In this document: positions 14,436-28,819 of the stretch, one piece after another
Numbering within the stretch: position 1 is the first letter of the stretch
Layout: each line of letters opens with the position of its first letter
NCBI RefSeq assembly: GCF_009914755.1
Contig: NC_060933.1
Origin: the human T2T-CHM13v2.0 reference genome, Homo sapiens
Strand: one strand, 5' to 3'
Length of the DNA: 64,000 nt
Program-made: the position numbers and the translations under genes
Notes under the pieces: generated by a model
What the model was told of the DNA's origin: nothing
The model's input: only the letters and a program-made list of their open reading frames with translations
Databases searched by the model: none

Positions 14436-15119
14436 TTATATCTGTGGTACTTTGTAGGCGTTGGGGGCATGGGCTGGGTTTGTAGGTTCCCCTAGGTGAG
14501 CAGTAGTGTCCCAGGCATTGAGGAGGGCTGTTTCCAGGTCTGTCCGGGTGTCGTTTTCCGTGGAGGAGAAGTTGCTCAAGAAGATGAGCCCAGGCTAGCC
14601 CACAAGCCCTCACCCCCTCGCAGACCCAGGTGGCTGCAGGAGGATTCTAGAGGAGACTGGGTTCTGCCCGCCAACAGGGGGCTCAGCCACACCCCCCCAC
14701 CCCTGGCCCACCATAGGACTTAGTGCCCACTTGGGATGCGGTCAGAATATTTTTAGGTTGAATGGGCGCATGAGGGTGGGGAGACGCATGCGTCAGATAC
14801 CGGCTGGATGACTTCATGTATGTTGGTTGACACATTATACAGCTGGGGAGACTGAGACTCAGAGAGGCTGAGGGTCTTGGCTAAGATGCCCAGCAAAGAA
14901 GTCTTCATACCACATCTGACTCCCCGCTCCCTTGAGAATTCCCGTCACCTAGAGCACCCGTCCCAGCCCCTGCCGCAGTGCTGGGGAGGATCAGTGGAGA
15001 CCAGGGTGGGGGGACCAAGCACGATCTCAGACCTCCTGTGTACCGGGGCACTTTGCCTACACAGTCTCATCTTCAGTAGATCTCTTTCCTGGTTTTCTGA
15101 TCACAAAAGTGAGGCTTAG

Positions 15120-15702
<583 letters not shown>

Positions 15703-16897
15703 CCAGCCTTTCTCTTTCTGACTTCACTTGCCCCACCTGTGCAGTGGGAGGACAGGAGAACCCCTTTGTCTGTTGAGTGCTGATTATGTGCCAAGGAATT
15801 TGCTGCATGATCTGATCTGATGGCCCCAGTGACTCTTTGAAACCCGGCCCCTTATTGGCACCACCCAGTCACTCCCTGGCTGCGTTTCCCTCAAGGCACG
15901 TATCGCTGTCTGAAATGACCATGTCTGTTCACTCTCATGTCTGTGTCTACCTCCCAACCACGCAAAACCTGTGGGAGGGGAAGGCCTTCTCTCTCTTGTC
16001 CACTCCTGTGTCCCCAACCCCTCGGACAGCACATGGCTTCACAAGCTTCTCAAGAAATGCTTGGCAAATGATGGCAGAGTGGGTTAACCCTGGTGTTCTC
16101 AAAAAGGGAATGGAGGCCCACAGAGGGCAGGCCCATCCCTGGGTCACACTGCCAGGGCAGGATTGGAGCCCCTGCCTGTCCAGGGTCAGCTGGGGCCTCT
16201 CTCACTGACCAGCTTTGAGCCTGGAATTCCAGGTGTGCCTGGCTGTGTCCTTGCAGGTTCACACCGCCCAAAGAAACTTCCAGTCCACACTTGTGGCTTT
16301 GGATCAGCTCAGAAAAAGTGTGTCCTGTGACTGCTCGAGGAATCTGGGCATTTAGCCCAGAAAAGAGTGTGTTTCCTGGCTTCCTGAGAACTGGGGCCCA
16401 CCCTGCCCCTGGTCTAGGCGTGCAGAACAGGAGGGAGGGGAGTTGAAATCGGGGCCTGGAAGGGTACGGCGTCAGACCTTATCATCTGAGTGAGGCTTGC
16501 CGCTCACGCTGAGACTGTCCCAGCCGAGCACTCCAGGAGAGGGTATCCCCACCATTGGAGCGTCCTTAGAGATGGCAGCAGCGCCTGGAGTTGCTGGAGA
16601 AGAAACATTCCTCACGCTCATGCGAATGTTTCCCTGGGCTGCTGTCCCAGCACTGGGTACCGTGGGGCAGACATGGGTGTGACGTTTTCCAAGCACGAGG
16701 TGACCAGTGTCCATTGGGTCATCAGGCCTCCAGGGCCACATGTTTGGAAAGCTATTCCTGGAGCACCAGGCATCTGGCACCTCGCTCTGTGGCTAGGCAC
16801 GGGTTTATGAGGGGACCCTGCAGAGAGCTGGGGTCCTCAGCCTTGACATTTGCACATTGTGTATAATTTCACGCTTTGCTTTGCTTTTTTCTCTTCA

Positions 16898-17160
16898 TTT
16901 TTTTCTTTTTTTGAGACAGGGTCTTGCTCTGTTGCCCAGGCTGGAGGGTAGTGTCGTGATCTCGGCTCACTGCAGCCTTGACTTCCTGGGCTCAAGGGAT
17001 CCTCCCACCTCAGCCTCCCAAGCAGCTGGTGCTACAGGTGCATGCCACCACAGCTAATTTTTGTATTTTTTGTGGAGATGGGGTTTCTCCACATGTTGGC
17101 CAGGCTGGTCTCGAACTCCTGACCTCAGGTGATCCACCCACCTCAGCCTCACAAAGCGCT
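16898..17160 (-). mobile_element. Alu (J-like), antisense, 5'-truncated
   Basis: gagacagggtcttgctctgttgcccagg...ctcaagggatcctcccacctcagcc. Confidence 0.88.
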
Positions 17161-17581
17161 TTTGTTTTTCTTGAGAAAGATCAGAGCTTCCCTGCTGCAT
17201 CTCCCGCTTTTCGCTTGTGTTTTCTTTTCTTCCTCACCAGCAGGCTGCCTGGTGACTGGCCTGGGGGCCTCTTCCCTCAGACCAGGAAATCACCCAGTAC
17301 TCCGAGAGTGTTCACTAGAATTACCCTCATGTTCACTGGAATATACTGGTCAGATTTCTGAGAGGGAGACCCCCTTTTTGTACTCATAGGAGAATGGAGG
17401 AGGCCGGCCATGCTTCTCCTCAGCCACGATTGAAAAAGTCACCTAGCACAGTGGCCTGAGTCCACTGGTTCCCAAATCCCAGACCCAGGCCAGGCCTAGG
17501 GCCGTGTGAAGTCTTCCGCGGACCCACGGTGAAATAAGAAAAGGAAGGCCTGGCTTGGCATAGCTACTTTCCATGTCAGCT

Positions 17582-17582
<1 letters not shown>

Positions 17583-17620
<38 letters not shown>

Positions 17621-17900
17621 GAGGCAGAATCTCACTCTGTCGCCCAGACTGGAGTGCAGTGGTGCGATCCCAGCTCACTGCAAGCTCCACCTCCAGGGTT
17701 GAAGTGATTCTCCTGCTTCAGCCTCCTGAGTAGCTGGGATTACAGGTGCCTGCCACCACACCCAGCTAATTTTGTATTTTAGTAGAGACAGGGTTTTACC
17801 ATGCTAGCCAGGCTGATCTCGAACTCCCGACCTCAGGTGATCTGCCTACCTCGGCCTCCCAAAGTGCTGGGATTACAGGCGTAAGCCACCACACCCGGCC
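17583..17900 (-). mobile_element. Alu, antisense, long poly-T
   Basis: ~35-nt T-rich tract followed by a full reverse Alu. Confidence 0.95.
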
Positions 17901-18157
17901 TGTCCTTTCTTTTATGAAAGATGGTGATACTAGGTGGACGTTTTATTTTAGATGCCAGAAAACTCTGGCAACCTATGTCTATCTTCAAAATGTGGGAGAG
18001 GCTGTCCAGGCCTGTGACACCTCCAGGCCCGGAAGCCATTGATGTACTTCTGTACCCCAGACACAGAAGTGGAGCCCGGGGCAGACTTTGATGCCTCAAG
18101 AACCTCTGAGTCATGGCCACACGTGAGCCCCCGGCTCTGCCCTGGTGTGCGGTGGGG

Positions 18158-18600
18158 CGTATTGGTTTCCTAGGGATATTATAACAAATTACTGCAAACT
18201 GGGTGCTTGAAAACAATAGAAATTCATTCTCTCTTGGAGAATCCTGGAGGCGTGATGCCTGAAATCAGGCTGGTGGTAGGCTCAGTTCCCGTGGAGGCTC
18301 TGACAAAGCACCTGCCGTGCCTTTTTCTGGCTTCTGGCAGGCGCTAGCCACCCTCCTTGTTCCTTGTTCCGTGTTCCGTGGCTCGTCTACACATCCCTCC
18401 AGTGCTCGCCTCTGTCGCCACATGGCCTTCTTCCTTGTGCGTCTGTCTCTGTGTCCATCCCTCATAGAAAGACACCCGTCATTGAATTTGGGCCACCCTA
18501 ATCCCATGTGACCCCAGCTTAACTTGATTAGTATCTCCAAGTAAGGGCCTATGCCCCAGTTCCAGATAGACAAGGGTTTGGGGGGAACATTACTCTGGGG
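18158..18600 (-). mobile_element. MLT1-family (ERVL-MaLR) solo LTR
   Basis: gtattggtttcctaggg...ataacaaattactgcaaactgggtg...cttctggc...gtcattgaatttgggccaccctaatcc resembles MLT1C/D reverse. Confidence 0.75.
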
Positions 18601-20168
18601 GCGTAAGGGATGAGGAGGGCAGGTCCAGGGAGCCTGCCCTCATTCCCAGGAGGAGACAGGAGACCAAGGAGCAGAGTCTGGCGGGGGAACGCTGTCACCA
18701 CAGCAAGGGCCAGGCTGGGGCCACAGGGGGTGGGTCAGACACGCCCACTGAATACTCAGGGGCACGGGAGGGCCGGGATCCCCCTGACTCTCTGCATCCC
18801 AGATTCATTCCTACGCTTTCATACAGGCCCCAAAGACAAGTGCTGAGTAGATCTGGGTCTTCAGCACGATGTTTTTTAAAAACAGGCTTGCAGCGTTTGG
18901 TCCTTTGGTGGCACCAGCCAGGACCACTGAGGGCTGAGAACGTCTCAGCGCCCAGCATAGGCCGCCAGCCCTGGCTCTGCTCTTTTGGGTTAGAGAGCGG
19001 CCCCTCCCAGTAATGACAGGGCCCGCCATTCCCGGCAGCGCCCACCAGCACAGCCTCCCCCGCTTTGTGGACAAAGGGCAGCCTGTGGGGCAGGAAGGAG
19101 GGAATCCAGCCTCCCCTGTTCCCCCAGAGGCCTTTATCTATTTTGGCAAAGGCCCTGTGATCAGACGTTTCCGCCCTGACAACTCCCTGCCAAGTGATCT
19201 CAAGCAAGGGAGTCCCAGAGCCCTGCTGAGCCCCACTTCTCTCCTGTGAAGTAGGAGGCACAGTTCCAGCCCTGACCCTCTCAGGAAGGCTGGGGATGAC
19301 AAGGCAAACCCTTCCCGTGCCTAGCCCAGGGCCTGGCACATAGTAGGTGCTCAGTCAATACTGAATGAGAGAGAGCATCTTGGAGCCCAGAACGTAAATT
19401 TCATGCCACTCCTGCGACGGAGCCTCAGTGGGGCCTCTTGGGAAGGAGAATCTATAGGCATTTCCTTCCCCACGTCCTAGGACACAGTTAGCTGAGACGA
19501 CCGGGCAGGGGTGGGGAAGTTGAGTGCACGGGTGTAGCACTGGACGGAGGACAGAGGCTGCTAAGCTGCATCTCAGGCATTGATTGGCATTGAGGAAAAC
19601 CCACCTAGACTTGGTATCGCGGGAGGGAGGGTCATGTGCAGGGAGCCCTGGAAGGGAGCCTGGAGAGCTGGGTGCCAGCCCTGGCTCTGCACCCCTTACC
19701 AGCCATGTGCAGGTCATGGCAGTGCCCTGTGGATCCTACTTCCTGAGCCTCCCCTCTGCAGGCTTGATGCCACTGCTGTCATTTCGGCCTCTATCCCACA
19801 ACTCGCACAGGGCTTGCCTCACCTTTAGGCCTTTGCACGTGCCATGCCCTCTGCCTGGAGTGCCCTGCCCCTATTCCTCCACTCAGAGCTGCTTCCCGTT
19901 CCGAGGAAAAATCCCATGCCCCAGGTAGACTGCACGCACATTTTCTTGTGTTTCCACACCCTGCTTTGCAGAGCAGCGGGCACCCTGGTTGTAGTTTAAG
20001 GGACGCCTGAGAGCCCCATTGAGGATGGAGATTGGTCCCCCTTGCCTGGCACACGCTTGGTGCCCAGCACTTGTGTGTCCATTGAGTGAGCAAATAATGG
20101 AATGTCTGGAGGCATGTGACGCCTCTGCTGTGTGGCTTGGTTTCCCCATCTTTAAAATACCAGATGTG

Positions 20169-20472
20169 GGCCAGGCGCAGTGGCTCTCGCCTATAATCCC
20201 AGCACTTTGGGAGGCTGAGGCGGGAGGATCACCTGAGGTTGGGAATTCGAGACCAGCCTGGCCAACATGTTGAAACCCTGTCTCTACTAAAAATACAAAA
20301 ATTAGCCAGGTGTGGTGGTGCATGTCTGTAATCCCAGCTACTTGGGAGGCTGAGACACGATAATTGCTTGAACTAGGGAGGCGGAGGTTGCAGTGATCCA
20401 AGATGGCACCACTGCACTCCATACTGGGCGAAGACCGAGACTCCGTCTCTAAGTAAATAAATAAAATAAAAT
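20169..20472 (+). mobile_element. Alu
   Basis: Full dimer, (TAAA)n tail, TSD taaaataccagatgtg / taaaatactggatgtg. Confidence 0.95.
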
Positions 20473-23400
20473 ACTGGATGTGGACTGATGGAGTCCTTGG
20501 GGATCTGGTGAAACATGAGGCCTCAAGTGAACGGACTCGGGTCTTTCCTGCTCCCAGGAGTGGAATGGGAGCGTGGCAGCGACCACGCACACGTTTGTTT
20601 AATGATTATCCAATGTTGACCCAAAACTATGAGCAAAGCTCCGGGGATTTTCTGGGCGTTCAGCACAAAATTCCCAGTTAATGGGTTCCAGTGTCTTAAA
20701 AAGGCAGGACTGAGGCGGTCTCTATGGAGTTGTTCTGACTGCAGCTGGGCCCTGTCCTTCCACACCTGCCCCTGCAGGAATTCTCCGGACGCCTGTGGAG
20801 GGAAGAATGTGTGTGTCTGGGGTCCAAGACCACATGCACCGCCTGGTGGAACTTTCTCTGCTCTTGCATGTCTGGTGGGAGCTTCCCTTAATGACACAGG
20901 ATCTGCCGAGATTCATCCCCAACTCCAGGCTGGCACCAGTGTTCAAGCCCCTGCCTCTGCTGTCTCCCAGGTCTTCAAATTTACACCACTCTGACTCTCA
21001 GTTTCCCTATCTGCAAAATGAAGGCAGGAATGCCCACCTCATGGGGTGAGCCAGTGGACCCAAATACGTGGTGCAGTAGGTGCCACGGAGTAGTGGCACG
21101 TGATTTTGTGGCTGTTAGTGTGAGTATTCCTTACTTTAGAGAGCAGAGGAAAACACATCAGCAGATTGTTTAAGCCAAAAAATGTCTGTTGTTTGAAGAA
21201 TTTCGTTTTGGAAGGCAAGCCCAGGTTTTGGGTCAGAACCGTATTCCCTCAGGCACAGCACGGTTGAACGTCGAGGCATATTTTACAGGCTTGGTGACCG
21301 CTCAAGCCTTTGAGCCCTCCATGCGGGTGCTCTGAGGTCAGACTTTTCGGGAAGCCCTCACACAGCTGGTCTGCTTGTCGCGTTGGTAGCACCGTTTCCA
21401 CAGAGCAGGCTCTGTTTGGCTATGAATAGATGTTTTTCTCACTCTTTTCTTGGATGCCTGAATGGCAGGCTCCCCTCCTGCAGTCTCAGAGGCCGACCTG
21501 CATGTAAAACTCCAAGCGGACATCAGAGTGGGTTCGTCTGTTCCTGCTTGGACTTGAGGCTCTCAGCAAGGCTCAAAGAGCTGGGTCGATGGCCACCATG
21601 ACCCAGGGAGCCTCCCGAGAGTCTCCCAGGCTATAGTTTCTGAAGGCTACTGAGTGAACTGAAGAAATCAGAGTTCATGGAAGAGGCAGCAGATCCGAGC
21701 AACAGCCGAGATTGAGGAGGATGGTTCAGGATCTCCAAACACAGGCCCGCTGGCTCCACTGTGTCCAAGCCGCAGATGCAAAGCCTGTTAGGACAGAAAG
21801 GACACGAGATAGCAGCCAGGGCCGGCCGCAGGCAGGAGGGCCGGGCCACCAGCAGTTAGGAGTGTGGGTTCTGGAGCCACACAACCGGGGTTCAGATCCC
21901 AGTTTTCCCACCTCTATTGGGCAGCATACTGTAAGCCTCAGTTTTCCCCTTCTGTAAAACGGAGATAATAATTTACCTGTCTCACAAGGCTGTTATGAGG
22001 ATTAAAGTAAGTTAACATCACTCAAGTGCATAGAACGATGCTGGGTACATACTAAATAAATACAGATAAACTGAGGCCCAGAGAGGGCAAGGGACTTCGC
22101 TGTGGTCACTCAGCAAGTCATTGGGGCAGCCAAGGCTGAAACTCATGACTCCTAGTCTCGTGAACGGTTCCCCCCTCCCTGCCCTCCCCCGCAGTCAGAC
22201 TTTTTAAACACTGCCTTTTGCAGAGGAAATCGCGTGACCCTTCAGCCCACAAGAATTCCGACTGCACAGAATGTCTGAAACCTCTTCGGGCTGGCTGGGG
22301 GCCTTGTTGCAATTCTATTCAGCTGTTAGTTCTTTTTTTCCCCTCTCTTTCTTTTAAAGCTCTATAGGATCCTCCTTTCCCTTCTCCACAAATAGAAAAA
22401 TTAACCTCTTGACAAAGGAGTTGGAAGACTTGAGTCCCTGCTGTGTGTCCCGGAACCAATCCCCCAGCCTCAGGTTCCCCGGCTGTGAAATGAGAAGGTG
22501 TCCTCTGTTGACAGGGAGGTGGCCCCACCTGCCAGTCTGTGATTGCCACAGAGACAAGCCAGCCAAGAAGTGCCACCCTGGACGAAGGTCGGGTGAGTGC
22601 TGATTAAACAAAATCTGGTGACGCATCCTTCTAAGAAGCGAGGCGAAACCCACCAGAGATGCTGCGTGCTTCTGCCCACCTCCTCGTGTCAAAGGTGATT
22701 TGAGTCATCAGCCTGGCCTGCACTTTTCTCGCTCTCCTGTTTCCTTGCAGTGCTCCTGGGCTCCTGAGCCACTCGGGGCTGAGGCCCGGGGGCCAGTTGT
22801 GTCCCATCTGCAGGCCCCAGGGCATTAGACCTGAGGGGCCTGGTCACCTTCTGATTTCTGCTGGGCGCCCCAGCCATGAGCTCCAGAGGCTGCCAGCCTA
22901 GGGTGTGAGTCTGTCTCCGAAGCTGCTGACATGAGTAGGGACTTCCCCTCTCTGAGCTTTAGTTCCTTATCTGTGAAATGGGTGCATGAGCCCTGCCTGG
23001 CAGGGTGAGATGAGGTACACAAGCCCTATCCTACTTCACTCCCCTCTTCCTTCCTGCCCGAAAGGCCCTGGCTCACCTGGGATCCAGCTGGGGCACAGCA
23101 GGTGTTGATATGTCCACCTGCTGCCCCCCGGCTGTGATATGCCCCCCTGGCTGCGGGGGACAGAGGGACAGCTGGCCACACCGGGAAGCCTGGGGACAGA
23201 CCCTGGGACATCAGGGTCAGGAGCGTACAGGGTGCAGCCCTCTTGGCCTAGTGATGGGGATCCCTAGGGGAAAGACCTAGGGGCCAGGAGGTCATGGAGA
23301 CAAGACTCGAACCCAGGATTGGGGCCCCCAGGTCCTCCTGTCCTTTGTGTAGGCTCACTTTCAGGTTACCCTGGCACCAGCAGGGGCCAGCCTGGTTGGG

Positions 23401-23541
23401 CCTGGGAATTCAGAGATGGGTGCCAAGGTGGGCCTGGAGCACGACGTAGGCAGACACGGGGCCGAGCCCCACCTTGCTACCCGCTGGTAAGGGGCCTTGG
23501 GCAAGTCGTGGCCACTCCTGAGCCCCCATCTCCTCATCTCA

Positions 23542-23940
<399 letters not shown>

Positions 23941-24370
23941 CCGCCCAGAAGAAATGTGTCATTTCACCCTCTGGAACCATGAGCCCTGTGATCATGAGGC
24001 ACAATCGTCATGTAAATATATAGGGTCTCTCACCAGCCACGGGCCAAGATTTATTTTATGGAGACAGTGGGGGAGGGGGCCAGCTCAGTTTCATTGTCCT
24101 GGTAACTTTGTAAAATGCTTTGCCATCACTTCCCAGCTCCTGGGAGGATGCAGCAGGAGCTGTGCAGCCTCTCTCGCCCTCCCAAAAGGCGGATCCCCAG
24201 AGGCCCTGGACACCTCCTTCCAGGTCCACAGGCCCAAAGGCCTGGTGTCCATAAGGCTGGGGTTCCCTGGAAAGTGGGTTTCTGGAAATACTTGTTGCAG
24301 GGATATCGCTGTTGCGTGAGGGCTGGTTGTTTATGATAACAGGAATCATAACAGTGGCAGTACCCACATT

Positions 24371-24685
24371 GATTGATTGATTGATTGAGACAGAGTCTCA
24401 CTCCATCACCCAGGCTGGAGTGCAGTGGCGCGACCTCAATTCACTGCAACCTCTGCCTCCTGGGTTCAAGTGATTCTCCTGAATCAAGTGATTCAGTGCT
24501 CAGCCTCCTGAGCAGCTGGGATTACAGGTACCCGCCCCCACACCCAGCTAATTTTTTGTATTTTTAGTAAAAATGGGGTTTTGCCATGTTGGCCAGGCTG
24601 GTCTCGAACTCTTGACCTCAAGTGATCCACTCACCTCGGCCTCCCAAAGTTCTGGGATTACAGGCGTGAGCCACCCTGCTCGGCC
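24371..24685 (-). mobile_element. Alu, antisense, (GATT)n tail
   Basis: Perfect 13-nt TSD cagtacccacatt at 24358-24370 and 24686-24698. Confidence 0.95.
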
Positions 24686-25066
24686 CAGTACCCACATTTA
24701 TTAAGCTCTTCTGCATACCCGGGCCCTGATAATCCTGGGCTGGTATTTTACCTGCATGTAAAGTACCTCACTTGGTCCTCACGGCAGCCCTACAAGATGG
24801 GTCCTACTGTGGCTACTAGTTTATAAAAGAGGGAACTGCAAAGGGATGACCCTGGGACTGGCCCAGGCTCACATGGGCGGATGGAGGCAGCACCGAATTT
24901 GTACTCGGGGCTCTCAGACCCCTGAGCTTGCTGCCTCTCCACCTCCCCACAGCCTGGCCTGCTCTTCTCAGATCCAGGACACTGCCTCCCTGCAGCCCCC
25001 TTCATTGCCCCACGTTGAAATTAACGGCCCCTTCTGTGATTCAGCAACGCAGTTAAGTACATTGGG

Positions 25067-25247
25067 GTTTTTTGGTTGGTGTTTCGTTTTTTGTTTTTTT
25101 AGAAAGAGGGTCTTGCTCTTTCACCCAGGTGGAATGCAGTGGCACAATACTAGCTCTCCACAGCCTTGAACTCCTGGGCTTAAGTGATCCTTCCATCTCA
25201 GCCTTCCAAAGTGCTAGGATTACAGGTGTGAGCCACCACGCCTGACC
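25067..25247 (-). mobile_element. Old Alu monomer (FAM/FLAM/J-like), antisense
   Basis: T-rich tail, gggtcttgctct...aactcctgggcttaagtgatcc...ccaaagtgctaggattacagg. Confidence 0.8.
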
Positions 25248-25269
25248 TAGTTAAGACTTTGATTGGACA

Positions 25270-25288
25270 CCCCCCCCGCCCCCCCCCA

Positions 25289-25326
<38 letters not shown>
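25270..25326. repeat. C-run followed by (CA)n microsatellite (~18 units)
   Basis: Directly visible. Confidence 0.95.
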
Positions 25327-25328
<2 letters not shown>

Positions 25329-27419
25329 CATCTGCTCCTTCGCTGAGGGGAGGGTGCTCTGGACACACTGCTGAGGATGTCCAGGTCAGGACTCAGGCCT
25401 GCATTCCCATCCAAGCTCTGCCTCTGCAGCTAGGACTCCCTGAGTCTCAGTTTCCTCATCTGTCAAATGGATACACTGTCTGCCTTCCAGGGTTGTTTTG
25501 TGAGCACACAGGCTGGCACTATCCCTGAAGGATCTGGCCCAGCACCCGACACTGATGGGGTGCCCTGGATGCATGCCTCCATATACACACCTCCATGGCT
25601 GTGTGTTGGGGAGCCCAGGAGGCATCCAAGCCACAGCCCCACGTCACTATGGCTACTATGCATGAGGAAGGCAGTGTGCAGGGGCTGGAGGGCTCAGAAG
25701 TGATCCAGGGTCCAAGAACAAATTCCCTTAGCAATTCCAGACCGAAAAGATCTGGTTTTCTAGTGCCCAGAAATGAGCACGTGATTAAATACAGGATCCC
25801 CAGTTTAATTCCAGAGCAACCCAGTGAATCACAGATCCTTTGTCAGCCGTATAAGAAGCATCTGCACAAGAAGGGCGCTTCTAGACTGTGGAGTCCAACC
25901 CACTCATGTTGCAGGTGGGGAAACTGAGGCCCAAAGATAGCCTGTGACTTTCCCAAGACCATGCAGCCCTATGGGAGTCTGGCCTGTATGAGTCCTGGGC
26001 CACCAGACCACACACAGCACAGCTCAGAGCACAAGCCACTCCTGCGGAGCTAAAAATGGCCACATACTTCCTAAGCCCAATTCCAGGGTTCAGTGAGGAT
26101 CCTGGTAAGGAGAGCGACACAGGAAGGTGCAGGGGTTGCCATGGTGTGGCCCCAGATGCTGTGATTACGCGCCAGCCCCGTCACACCGTACGGGTGGTAG
26201 GACTGGGCAAAGAAGACGCCGCCACCTGGATGCACTGAGGTGTGCACAGCCACGTGGAGATGATGCTGGGGGCTCACGGTGACTCTCAGGAGGCCCTGGC
26301 CTGGCCTATCTGGAGCCTTCTCTGTGAAATGAGGCTGGTAACGCCCACTAGCAGGGTTGTAGGGGACATGGATCTGTGGCCACCTCCTCAAGGGGTGCCA
26401 CACGCACCAGGTCCTGACTGGGAGTCCGGCCCCCAGGGCCTGTGGATGGCTGGCCTGGGCCCAGCCTCCGCCCCCAAGGGTGCTGGCACCTGGCATGTGC
26501 CCGACAGTTGGGGCCGGCTGGTGGGAAGGTGTGTGTCAGGTGGCGGAGCCTCGGTGCCAGGATCTCACTCACGCGTCCTCCAGGGCCTCAGCTGCTGTAT
26601 GCCTGTGTCAGTCCCAGTGGCGATGAGCTGCAGATGGGGCACAGGGGTGGTTTGCCCAGGGCAGAAGTGGCTCGTTCTGAAAAAGGAAGCAGGTGCTGGC
26701 CACGGAGAGCCCCTCTTGGGGACCAGGGGCTGGGGCTGGCCTGCAGAGCCCAGATTCCTCTCACAGACTGGGTGGCGGGGGGTCTGTCTGGCCTCTGTGC
26801 CCTTGATCCCACGGTGTCCTCTACTGGGAATCCCCTTCCCCTTTAGTCCAAACCCTGCTGGTCCTTCTGGGCCACCTCAGGTTTTCTACCTGTTGTCCAA
26901 AGCTCCCCGTGACCTGGCCCCGCCAGAAGCAGCAGCCATGGGTCCTTTTCCTGAGCAGCTTCGTGCTCTTTTTAGCTTGTGGGTAGCAGTTCCAGGGCCT
27001 GCTCCTGGGGACCTGTAAGAACAGGAACTGTGTCTGAGTCATTGCAGGGTCCCGAAGGGAAGACGAACACTCCTCATCCTCTGATCCTGGATCCGCACCC
27101 TCGTTTTGGAGAATGCAGGGCCCGAATAAAGATGCAATAACAATCAAATAACAACCCCACTGATGGGGTATCTGCCTTGTGCCCCGCCTGGCCCTAAGCT
27201 CTTTCAACTCGTGCAATGTCATGTAACCCACCAGCACCCCGGGCAGTAGATACTACCCTTGTCCCTGTTTTACCCGTGAGAATGCAGGTGCACACAACTG
27301 GGACGTGGCTAAGCCAGAACTTGAACCAGGACTGCCGCCTGCCAGGGCTCTCATCTCATGGGCAACCAAGGATTTGGGCCCAGTTTACAAAGGAGAGAAT
27401 AGAAAGGGTTAAGCTTTTA

Positions 27420-27749
<330 letters not shown>

Positions 27750-28581
27750 TTATGCTTTTCAGCATTTTGCTGGGCCCCAGTGTGGATAGGTGGGGAGCGA
27801 GCACAAGGACCAAAGGAAAGGACCCTTGTCCCTCCCTGAGCCTACACTGGTCTAATCGGGTGGTGCTGCCATCAGATTCCAGTCCCTGGTAAGCAGGGGG
27901 CTCCGTGGCGGCTGTGACAAGTTCCATTCACTTTGGAGGTGGCAGCCGGAGCTATTTTTAGAGCAGCGCATGGTGGGGGAGTTTCCTTTTGGCGGTGTCT
28001 GGGGACCGGAGTCTTGGGAAGGGGAAGTCCCATGCGGAGACAGAGGCCCTTCTTCCTGCACCCACCCCAGCCCAGAGAGGCGACCCAGCTCCCTGGAGGC
28101 CCAGGCACCTCATGTCTGCCCTCAACCCAGAGTGGAGCAGACCTTCCCTGGAGCTTCTCAGGAGCCACTTCAAAAGGTACCCTGACTTTCTCTGCCTCCT
28201 GCTGTGGGAACCGCTTGCTCTTAGGGGTGTGTCCAGCGAGGGATGGGGAACCAGGCCCCAGGGACCTCCAGGGCTGGAGCTCCAGGGACCTTGACCTGGC
28301 TGCACCTCTGCCACCCACCGCTGGCTCAGCCACCTGCTGGTGGGGCTGCCCATTCAGCCAGTCCCACCAACCTGACAGGACCTTTGCCACTAGCCTGGGA
28401 CAGGGGTGGCTGCTGATGGCTGCTTTCACATTGAGTAATCCCTGGGCTTGGCCAGAACTTCTGAGTTTCCAGGGAAGCAGAAAAAGCAATTCTTTCTCTA
28501 GGGTGGGTTTTGTCTGCCCCTTCCTGCCTGTGGGAAGGAGAGAAAATTAGGGGAGGCCACGGGCTTGAAAGCTTTCCCTGC

Positions 28582-28627
28582 ATGGAGGCCACTGGATGGG
28601 ATTCTAGATGCTCGCCTGGGACCCAGG
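28582..28627 (+). CDS. NEK6: NEK6 alternative 5' coding exon (MEATGWDSRCSPGTQ + G); with exon 2 gives a 25-aa extension (338-aa isoform)
   Basis: ATG at 28582, 15 codons + 1 nt, then strong donor AGG|GTGAGT at 28627/28628. The phase-1 join to the exon-2 acceptor (38023) reads V-R-A-L-V-R-L-A-C-R-M in frame with the main ATG. Consistent with a NEK6 isoform I recall. Confidence 0.75.
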
Positions 28628-28819
28628 GTGAGTTTTTTACAAACACCGAAGCCCTCCAGCCCCCGGGGCTGTTCCACTTGGTCCTTCTTCCACTGTCAGT
28701 CAGCAGGGTAGTAGCTGCGGTTCTGCTCTGAAATCCATCCCTTCCCTTAAGCCCCAGCCTCTCCCCAGTGGTCCCCCTGGCATGAGTTGGTCTCGGGGGG
28801 CCAGGCTTCTCCCTCCTGG

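Noticed and set aside
26242-27018. Longest ORF in the track (258 aa) and other ~200-aa ORFs (8883-9527, 18695-19339, 27872-28550, 31068-31664, 59645-60301)
   Set aside because: Low-complexity Pro/Gly/Ser/Trp-rich composition, overlapping ORFs on both strands, many non-ATG starts and no recognisable domain; expected in GC-rich intron.
28112-28182. ATG 28112 with possible donor AAG|GTACCC at 28176
   Set aside because: Weak donor and phase 2, so not in frame with exon 2; not supportable as a coding exon.
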